A stretch of DNA of 64,000 bases from Phaeosaccion multiseriatum (lineage: Eukaryota > Protista > Ochrophyta, other classes). The position numbers and the translations under genes are program-made. A model generated the notes under the pieces. That model saw nothing but the letters and a program-made list of their open reading frames with translations. It was not told where the DNA came from and made no database searches. This document shows positions 47,401 through 57,509 of the stretch, one piece after another (positions within the stretch are counted from its first letter, which is position 1; each line of letters starts with the position of its first letter). The stretch is from assembly GCA_965112735.1 (NCBI GenBank), contig OZ218964.1, positions 124,001 to 188,000 on the forward strand, given 5' to 3'.

Positions 47401-50400
47401 TGGTGATACAGTATGGGCACAGGGCGTCGTTGGGGGGCGCCGGGAGGTCCTGTGTCTCTTCTCAGACTTGCCTTCCTCTGTCGCCTCTCACCCACACGTC
47501 TTTCGATCGAGAGGAGGTGAGTCGGGGTGGGAGGGGGGCGCTGGATGGGGGTATATGGGCCGGCTGGAGTGGGCCGGCTGTAGTGGGCCGGCTGGATGGG
47601 GGTAGTGGGCCGGCTGTAGTGGGCCGGCTGGATGGGGGTAGTGGGCCGGCTGGAGTGGGCCGGCTGGAGTGGGCCGGCTGGAGTGGGCCGGCTGTAGTGG
47701 GCCGGCTGACTCGCTGCCGAGGGAAAGCTCGATGCGGAGTGCGCTCCCTGCACCCCTCTTCTGTCTTGTTGGTCGTCTTGACGCTCCCTTTCCCCCCTTC
47801 AGGCCGACTCACTCACCCACCCACCCACCCACCTCCGCGCCCCCCACCCACCCACCTCCGCACCCCCCACCCACCCACTCTTCAATGATCCTGACGCGTC
47901 TCTGCCTCTGTCTCTGTCTCGGTCTCTGTCTCTCTCTCTCCGTGCCTCCGCTCCGCTCTCCCCCAAAGCTTCGCCTTCTTCTCCTTCAAGAGATAATGCG
48001 TGTATTTGCACGCTCGGCCACACCTTCCCCAGGAGAGAGGGAGCTTCAACGCCTTGGACTCGGCTCTTGGGCCCCTGCGGCGGCGACGGCTGATGTACCA
48101 CCAACTACTTTAGCTGCTCTCGCTCCTCAGCAGCAACAAACGAATGACTCAGCCGTGTCGAGCGCAAGAGGAGCTTCGATTGACACTGAGAGCCCCAGAG
48201 AGAGAATGGAGGAGGGTGCTAATCGAGGAGGGGGAGGAGGAGGGGGAGGTGGAGGGGGGGGAGGAGGAGGAGGAGGAGGAGGACCGAAGAAATCATGGAG
48301 TGGCGGGCTGAACGGAGCCGCCCCAGGCCCATACAGCAGAAAGATCATCGCGGAGGAGAAACCGCTGACTCTCTTGCCAGACGGCGGACAAGCGTTGGGG
48401 AGAGCGAGACGACGGAGGGGAGCCGCCATGGAGGGCAGAAGAGAAGCCCCAAAGCAGGGTCAGGGAGGAGGAAGGATGTGGGTATGGGGAGGGGGAAGGG
48501 GGGGACGGGCAAGTGAAGATACGGCGGCTTGTCGGGAGGGGGAGCACCACAGTGCTGGGGAAGGGCACAGCGCAGAAAGATCCGCAGGACGATCGCCAGG
48601 GAGACTTGGCGACGGCTTCGTCATCGGATAGCGAGGATTCGAACCCTCAAGAGATACCCGATGATGACGATGATGATGAGGAGGAGAAGGAGGAGGAGGT
48701 CGGGGCGGAGGAGGGGGGGGGGGAGATTGTGGGGGTGGTGGTGGTGGTGGAGGAGGAGGAGGAGGAGGAGGAGGAGGAGGAGGAGGAGGAGGAGGAGGAG
48801 GAGGAGGAGGAGGAGGAGGCGGAGGAGGAGGAGGACGAGGGGAAGGAGGAGGAGGATGAGGGGGTGGGGGAGAGGGAGGGAGAGGATGGGGATGAGAAGA
48901 GAGAGGATAGCGCAATTCAAGCGAGCTCACCGACTGAGGAAGTGGGGGTAGAGGATGCGAAGAGAATCGAGTATCACGAGGGGCCTGAGCAGGACGAGGA
49001 GGACGAACTGGGAGGAGAAGAGGGAGAGATAGAGGAGGATGATGATGGCGTAGAGGCAGATGTAGAGGAGGAGGAGGAGGAGGAGGAGGAGGAGGAGGAG
49101 GAGGAGGAGGAGGAGGAGGAGGAGGAGGAGGGGGAGGAGGAGGAGGATGATGACGAGGACGATGAGGAGGAGGAGGAAGAAGATGGAGAGGAGAGGGAGG
49201 ATGAGAAGGAGCAGCAACCAGAGGAGGAGGATGAGGAGGAAGAAGAGGAAGGAGTGCTGGGCGAGGAGGAGCAGGATGAAGAGGAGGAGGGCGACGGGGC
49301 GGAAGAGGGTACAAATCAGAAGAGATGTAAAAGGCGGACAAGAGGAACCACGACAAAAGGCGGTGCTACCGCGGCCGTCAAAAGATGGAGAGCCTCGCCG
49401 AATCGAAGGACGAATCGTCTCGGGAAGAGGGGCAGAAGCTCTTCGATCGGAGATGCGAGTGGAGGGGGGGGTCCAAAGAGGAGACAGGGAAGCGGCAGTA
49501 GTGGCCGCCGCCGGAAAGGGGGGGGTGGAGTTGGCGGCAGGCAGTCGAGCTCCAGCAGTTGCAATGGAAGTGCCGCCGGAGCCAGTAAGGAGTCGGGAGG
49601 GAGGCGAGGAGGAGGCCAGGGCAGGCGGAGAGGAGGGTCTGGACTAGCAGCAGCAGCAGCCGTTGGTGATACTGTCGTAGTGGGAGGAGGAGGAGGAGGA
49701 AGAGGGGGAGAGAAGAATCGCCGGTCGAGAAAGCACAAGCAACGGACGCAACAACGCGGGCCCTGTCCACAAGAATGTTCAAACCAAGACGCAGAAGGGG
49801 GTGCTGGGGTGAGCCAAGGTATGAGGGTTGAGCAGCAGCAGCAGTTGGTGATACAGCAGCCACCGCAGTCCGTGGAACTCAATCGGGAGAAGGCTTTGGG
49901 AATAGCCCGGCGCCACCCCCTCCCGGGCGCACCTTCCTACTCCTCATTGGATAGGGATACCCACCCCGAGACCTCGTCTTCTTCCAAAACTACCAGCGCA
50001 CCGCTGAAGCCCCCTCGGGGAAGCGGCATCGCCATTCGTTGCCATCACCGGCCCTGCCCGCCTGACCACTTGGACGCAGCCCTGAGGTCCTCGCAAGGTA
50101 TGTCAGCGATAAGAAGGGCCCGGTCCGCTTCCTTCTTGCTTCTTTCCCTGCTCCTTTCCTTCCTCCCCTCCTTCCTTCCCTGCTTTTTCCTTCCCTCCCT
50201 CCGTCTCTCCCTCCCTCCCTCCCTCCCTCCCTCCCTCCCTCCCTCCCTCCCTCCCTCCCTCCCTCCCTCCCTCCCTCCCTCCCTCCCTCCCTCCCTCCCT
50301 CCCTCCCTCCCTCCCTCCGTCCCTCCTTCCTTCCTTCCTTCCTTCCTTCCTTCCTTCCTTCTTTCCTTCCTTCCTTCCTTCCTTCCTTCCTTCCTTCCTT

Positions 50401-51270
50401 CCTTCCTTCCTTCGCCTTCGTTCGTTCGTTCGTTCGTTCGTTCGTTCGTTGTGACTGTTTCTGCTCGGCCCTCTCCTTCCGTTTCGTAATCCCCCCTTGC
50501 TCTGCCCTCTGATACCGCCCTTCGCCTTCTCCCCCTCCCCCTCTCCGAATCCACCCCCGTCATTCATAGACTCGTCTTTTCTCGACGCAGTCAAAGCACA
50601 GGAAGACTTAGCCTTACGCCAGTCTGTGGCCGCCATCCTCCTCACCGCCGCCGCCGGACTGTCTGCCCCAGTGGGATCAGTGAGCGCATCCTCCCCCTCC
50701 TCGTCGGTTACCATGAAGAAGAAGAAGAAGAAGAAGAAGAAGAAGAAGAAGAAGAAGAAGGGACCTCGCCCTCGCCCTCGCCGGGGCCTTACTTGTACCT
50801 CGAAGCTCTCAGAGTCCTTGGGCCCACTCTCCTCTTCCCTGCCGGGGATTGGCAAAGCAGCCACAGACGCGGCAGGGGCAGGAGCAGGAGCAGGAGGAGG
50901 AGGAGCAGAAGGAGGAGGAACAGGAGCAGCAGGGACGGCAGGAGTAGGATCAGCAGCAGAAGCGGCAGGAGGTGGTGACGTTGCCGAGGGTGTTCGGAGG
51001 TGTCGATCTCGGGACTCTATGGCGGTTCCGCGAAGTGGTAGAGGTGGCTGCAGTAGCCCCGGGTCTGGCGCAGAGACGGGTCTAAGCAGCAGAAGGATTG
51101 CTGCTCAAAGCACAAAGAGCAAGGAGCGACGCAGGAGCAGCAGTAGAAGCATAGTCGAGGCCGCCGAGCCTCCTGTCTGCCCGCCTACTCGGGGTCCGAG
51201 GCGGGGACTGGGACCCGCAGTAGCAGTATCGTCAACAGTTGTTGAAACAGCGGCGGCGGCAGCAGCAGAA

Positions 51271-51303
<33 letters not shown>

Positions 51304-51728
51304 GCAGCGGAAGAGGGATACCGCTTCGGCGTGGCCAACAAGCAGGCGATGAAGGGCGGTCGACGCTCCGGGATGGTCAAGCGGAGAGCGAGTTTTGATG
51401 ACGCCCCTGGCGTGAGAACTGCTGCTGCGACTGCCTCTGCCTCTTCAACTGCCGCCACTCCCCCGACTGTGAGCTTTCGTACGCCTTCCACTCGGTCCCT
51501 GCCGTTTGCGGACCTGTCATCGACTCGGCAGCACGTGGCAACAGTGGTAGCAGCAGGAGGAGACGGAGGAGAAGGAGGAGAAGGAGAAGGAGGAGCAGCA
51601 TCAACAGCGGCAGGAGGAGGACGAGGCAACCGCAACAACACTCCTCAAGACGGCTGCCCAAGTGACGACGGCAAGGACGGCCCTCACACTGAAGCATGCG
51701 CCCCAGTTCGACATGGTCAGTACCAGCC

Positions 51729-51759
<31 letters not shown>

Positions 51760-52203
51760 AACAACAACAACAGTAGGAGGAGGAGGAGCAGCCTCAGCAG
51801 CGGCAGAGGCATCGCCACACCTCTAGCCAAAGAAGCGAGGGCGACGAAGGCGGAGAAACGCATTCTTGTAGCACGCAGCCTCAGCTTCAATGCTGTATCA
51901 CCAACTGCTGTACTAGCCACATGCTTATCCTCCTCACCATTACAACCCGCAGCCGCCGAAATGAACGACAGGTCGAGAGAGCGAGAGAGGAGACATGCAC
52001 CATACCAGCAGGCGAGCAGCAGCGGCACTCCTATGGGAGGCAACAGTCCTACTCCTGACACCAGCCTGCACGCCCACAGAGCCAGCCGCATGAAGTATCT
52101 CCTGGCGCTGAGCAGGAGGCAGGGAGGCAGGCGAGGGAGCGGCGACGCTGCTCTAGCTGTACCACCAACTGCTGGTGCTCCATCTTTCGTCGCTGCGTCA
52201 TGA
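41064..52203 (+). CDS. Cytosolic carboxypeptidase (M14D, Nna1/AGBL/CCP tubulin deglutamylase family) with a very long low-complexity C-terminus
   Basis: [85 protein letters not shown]...[12 protein letters not shown]. About 14-15 exons; last two 48381-50097 and 50570-52203 join in frame. Status of the segment at 47969-48300 is unresolved. Confidence 0.9.
45058..45520 (+). repeat. 27-bp minisatellite x~17 in a CCP intron, ending at the acceptor site
   Basis: Unit CTGTCCGTCTGTCTTCCCACTGTCGAT with C/A variants. Confidence 0.97.
47041..47140 (+). repeat. 50-bp tandem duplication in a CCP intron
   Basis: TGAGTTTTAGTTTG(T/C)TGACCTCCATCATT(T/A)TCGAAACATGTCGATATC x2. Confidence 0.95.
47556..47708 (+). 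repeat. GGGCCGGCTG(G/T)AGT 14-bp satellite in a CCP intron
   Basis: About 8-9 imperfect copies. Confidence 0.9.
50190..50450. repeat. Compound (CCCT)n-(CCTT)n-(CGTT)n microsatellite in the last CCP intron
   Basis: Visible directly. Confidence 0.95.
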
Positions 52204-52968
52204 AGTCCTTCTCGTGTAAACTGGTCTTGTTCTGAATTATGCAATACATTTGGTCTGCATGTACGTATTTATGTATCGTACGTATGGCATGCATGCATAT
52301 GCATGCATGCATGTATTTACGTTTGGGTATCCGTCGGGCCGGTCTGTCCATCGACTCCCCCCAGCATCCCTTCAAAGCCTGAGCTTTCGTTGTTCGTTGA
52401 GGGGCCGTCCCAATGAGGACCGTACCTCCTCCACCTCCCACCCTCCTCTCCCCACTCCTGTTTCATCGTGCGACGGCAACATAGCTTGCGGACGATCAAC
52501 TCAAGAGTGCTCGCCTTCCTTTTCTTACTTTCCTCCTCTCCTCCTCTCCACCCACCACAGAACAACAGAACCTTTTTTGGACCTCTGTCGGGTGATTCTG
52601 TGCTCCTACTTTCTAAATATCAAACATACCCCCACGACTTTAAATATCGAACACACCATGACATAAAGCACAAGACACCTCTGCCTGTCGCTTGCTAACA
52701 CTTTGTTCGCCTCCTCCTCCTTCTGCTCGGGGGGGATTCACGATGTCCGCAGACGAAACAAATACGCCAACACTCCTTCCAACACCCGCCCCCCCCCCTT
52801 CCCGGGGGCTCTACTGACGCTGTAAGCCGTCGGCCAAAACCGATTGGTCCATCCTTGAATGGTTCCCACCCCTCTACATACCCACCCATCCACCCATCCA
52901 AAAATAGTCCATCACTTCTTCCTTCCTTCCTTCCTTCCTTCCTGCCTTCCTTCCTTCCTTCCTCCCTC

Positions 52969-55115
52969 TCAAGTCTGTCTGAAGGCGGCGCTCCCGCTGA
53001 GGTTGGAGCGCCTCCTCCCGGGGCTGCACACCGAAGACCGGTTGAGGTTGAGATCGTCCTCGAACGCAACGCTCCCCATGTCCTCCTCGTCCTCGTCCCC
53101 GTACACGGCAATCATGTACTCCTGCACAATCTGTCGCGCGAGACGGGGAGGGAGGGAGGAAGGAATGAATGAAGGAAGGAAGGTAGGAAGGATGAGAGAA
53201 TGAGAAATGGACGGCGGGGAAAGGTAGCAAGGAAGGAAGCGGGAAAGGCAAGAAGAGGATGCTTGCCCGCTGTACACCACAGAACGTTCAACCCTCACAC
53301 CCCCAGCACGGACCCAAAGACCCTGATGCCCTGACACCAGGCACCAAAATCGCCCCCCCGGCAGCACCCCCCTGGGCCCTCCCCCCCTTCCCTCACCTTG
53401 ACTGAGTCGTCCCATCCGTGAATGCCCTGCTCTGCAAACCACGGGTGTTCTAGGAGCTGCCTGGCGTTCCTCCTCGTTTTGGAGTCAATCTGCAGGAGGT
53501 GACGGGATACATCAAGCAGCCCATCGCTCAGTCCCACTCGTGCTTCACCTGAGAAGAATGGAGGGAGAGGAGGGAGGCAAGGACATGGGAGAGGCCATCG
53601 AGAGAGCAAGGGAGGCAGGTGATACTCGTCAAATCGTGAGGGTTGAGAGAGAAACGGGGAAAGGGGCAGGGGCAGCGACCGCGGCATCCCCCCCCCCCTC
53701 GCCCATCCGCAAAAGAAAAACAGGCTCCCACACTGAATCTATAGATTCATCAAATGAATTCATCACTCGCCCCTGCCCGCTCCGCTCAACCGCCCTTTAC
53801 TCACGCACACACACACACGCACTCACGTACACGCACGCACACACACACGCACACACGCACACACGCACACACGCACACCCCTCCATCTGCTTCCTTTCCA
53901 CTTCCTCAAAAAAAAAAAAAACTCGCTCTACGCCGTGACGCACGCACGCCCACCCACACACATACACGCACACGCAGGCGCCCCTAACCTTGTGGAAGCA
54001 TACACTCGACGCCCCCCTCCTTGAGGCTCTGCAGGATCTCTATCTGAGACCCGCTCTCGTCGAGCGGCATCTTCCCTGTGGCCATTTCGAGCAACACGAG
54101 CCCCAGGCCCCACATATCCGCGGGCCAGCTGTACGCATCCCCCATCAGCCGCTCCGGAGACATGTATCTGCAAGGAGGCGCAAGAGGAGTGAGAGGAGTA
54201 AGGAGACATGTATCTACAAGGACGCGCAAGAGGAGTGAGAGGAGTAAGAGACGCGTCAAGCGCGGCGCACGCACGCACCCACGGGCACGTCCAGGGATGG
54301 GCGGGGCGGGAGGGGGGGCGGAGGGGAGCCCCCCATCTGTCCCCTTGCTCCACAGTAACGCTGGCCTACCCTATTGCACCAATTGTACCCACCTGACTGT
54401 GCCCACCACCGTCTCTACAAGGGCCTGCATGTGGTCAAGCTCGCGGGCAATGCCAAAGTCCGTGAGCTTCACCTCTCCGTCGCGAGACAGGAGAATGTTG
54501 GAGGGCTGCAATGTGAGCACGCGAGCACACAAGCACACAACAACAAGGGGCAGCAGAAGGCACCAGATGGCAGCCCATGGGTATGTCAGTAGGTTATACG
54601 TGTCCGAAGGCGTGTGGTCAGGAGAGGGGGGCGGCTGCTGGTCCTGGCCCTACACGCGACGCCCCCTTCCTTGCCTGTTGCCCCCCCACGTCCATCCTCG
54701 ACTGACCTTGATATCCCGGTGCAATCTATTCGTTTCGTGCAGATACATGAGGCCCTGCAAAATCTGCCAACAAATGGCAGCCACGCATTGCTCTGACACC
54801 ACCCCTGCCACCCCCCCCTCCTTCTCCTGCTCACCACCACCCAGCTGCAGCTGCGTATCCGCCCCCCCCTTCGCCCCTGACGAGTTGGGCGTGATGCCCT
54901 GCGTGGCCTCCGATGCCGCAGCCCCTGTGTTGGCGACGCTGGCGTCTACCAGTAGGTCCACCAAGTCCTGCACACTCCCGCAGTCCATGTACTCGAGAAT
55001 CACGCGGATCTTGCCGTCGGGGCGCTTAAAGGCTCCGAAGAAGGTCACCAGTGCTCGGCAACTGAGCAACCAAAAAATGAGACACGGGCCGGGCCAAGGG
55101 CAGCAGCAGCAGCAC

Positions 55116-55147
<32 letters not shown>

Positions 55148-56134
55148 GGGGGAGGAGGAGGAGGAGGAACGTGCTCAGCAGAAGAAGCAGCGCTGTGGGT
55201 CAGCAGCAGGTAGGGGGAGTAGGGGAGGTTCACCAATCCATGGAGGAGGTTACGAATCCCAAGCGATAGACACACACACGCATGCACGCACGCACCTCAG
55301 CTCTCCCACTTGGACGGTGTGTATGAGGGTGTGAATTTCCCTCTCCAGCTGCCTGCGCTTCTCTCTCTCGAGCAAGTTGAACACCTTCACGGCAAAGAAC
55401 TCCCCCGTGTCGTTGTGGGTAGCGAGGTTGACGACGCTGCAAGCTCCCCTGCCCAGGACCTCAGACTCCACAGAGAGGTCGTCGGGGTTGAGCTGGCCCT
55501 CCCAGTTCTCCTGGGGAGGGAGAGATGGGTGAGGGAGCGAGGGAGGAGGGAGGGCGGGGAGTACAGGGAAAAGGGGAGGTCAGAGTGGTATTCTCACACA
55601 CTTCACTGGTAAGCCCCCCCCCCCCCCTCGCGACCCTCGACTCACCTCCTCTCTACTAGAGCTGTGGTACAGTCTCACTCCCTTCTCCCCTACTTTAATG
55701 TTCCCGTCCTGGTTGGTCCAAGTGGAAGTCATGATCTCACTAGTGCTGCCCCCTGCACCCGGCATCATACTTTTCCGGCCCCAATTGACGCCTCCTCGAG
55801 TGGTTTCTCCATAATCAACGCCACCTAGGTTCAGCGGACTAAAGCTTTCCATGCTCCCCTTGCTCACTCCAAAGAGCGCTGCGTTAAGGGGGCTCACATC
55901 GGAAGTATCGTCACTGTCTGCTCCGAAGATGGGATCCAGCTGCAAGCCCAGAGAGTATGGCGGCACATCCTCCCCTCCGGAGCCGCGGGAACTGCTGTTG
56001 TCTCCCGGAAAGCTGCTGCCACCGCTGCTGCTGCCGCTACCCCCCCTCTCCCCGTTCTCGCCTCCATTGTTCCGGCTGCTGCCGCTACTCTTGCTGCGGC
56101 TGCTGCTGCTGCTTGGTGCCGCAAAGCTCGCCAT
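52969..56134 (-). CDS. MAP kinase kinase (STE7/MAP2K family), 7 exons
   Basis: LGRGACSVV, FAVKVF, QLEREIHTL, LVTFFGAF, ILEYMDCGS, LHRDIKPSNILL, VKLTDFGIA, TVVGTVRYMSPERL, ADMWGLGL, LLEHPWF. Exons 56134-55646, 55510-55296, 55061-54707, 54505-54393, 54167-53989, 53548-53397, 53130-52969. Confidence 0.93.
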
Positions 56135-56456
56135 TTACCTTCCCCACCGTTGGAGGATGAGCCAATGCGCTGCAGCGCCTCCTCGGCTCGTTGTAACTTC
56201 GCTGTGACCCGCCTGTTCCAGGGTGTCTCTAGGAGAAATGGGAGAGGAGAGTATTTGTTCAGCCACGTTCATCCCAACATCTCGGTCCTCCAGCTTGTCC
56301 TTCTCTTCTTAATCTGATATAAATACCAAGGGAGAGGAAGGGGGACGCCTTAGCAGAGCAAGTGTGTAATATAAGGGAAGGGAGGAGGGAGACGAAAAGA
56401 AGTTGAGAGGGGGGGGGGTGGTGAAATTCAAACTCAGCCGGGCCGCCGGCCGACGT

Positions 56457-56755
<299 letters not shown>

Positions 56756-57179
56756 TCAGTTTCTGAGGTGACTCCGATAAATATTCACGGTCCAAAGGGG
56801 TATTGCTGTGCGGCCAGCAGAGCGCAAGAAGCCAAGTGCCGTTGGGGGGCACCAGGAGCCAGCGGAGAGCGGCCACAGCCAGCATATACATTTAATAAAA
56901 AAAAAGGAAACAAATCGGCGTTGGAGGGGACAAAACCCGTTGGAGGGGACAAAACCCGATGGAGGACAGTGATTGTCGCGATTAGAGCACCGCTATCTTG
57001 CGACAGGCGCGAGAGCGGCAGATCCAAAAACACGAGCAGAGGCGGCCCTGGCGTCGGCGGCAAGCGGCCCCGCAGAAGAATCGAAGGAACGAGGCGCGTT
57101 GGAGCCGTACGTGTATTGGTGGCAATAAGAATAAGATTTTAAGAATGACCTCATTGCGGGCAGTGATTGTCGCGATTAG

Positions 57180-57296
57180 TCGACCCCTGACGCGCCACCA
57201 AAGTCAGCCTGCCTGCCCTACTTGCTACTGGCGACCCCCAGGTAGCATACTACCGAGAACAGGTCGGTAGTAGGTCGGTAGCACGTCCGGGATCGA
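57180..57296. mobile_element. Short (117 bp) degenerate MITE of the same TIR family as 39327-39708
   Basis: Left TCGACCCCTGACGCGCCACC (18/20 to the 39.7 kb TIR); right GGTAGCACGTCCGGGATCGA (reverse complement 17/20 to the 39.3 kb TIR); flanks GATTAG / GATGAG. Confidence 0.65.
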
Positions 57297-57509
57297 GATG
57301 AGGACACGGCTATCGGACACGGCTCTCCTGTCCTATCCTATCCTGCTACAGGCGCGAGAGCGGCAGGCCAAACAAAAGCACCAGAGGCCGCTCGAGCGTC
57401 GGCGCTGCCCTCTTCGTGGTGCTCGGCCTCGCGTCCAGCCCTGCCCGCTGCACCACCCGAGCCTATCGAGCCTATCGAGCCTATCGAGCCAACGCGCGTG
57501 CCCCTGCCC

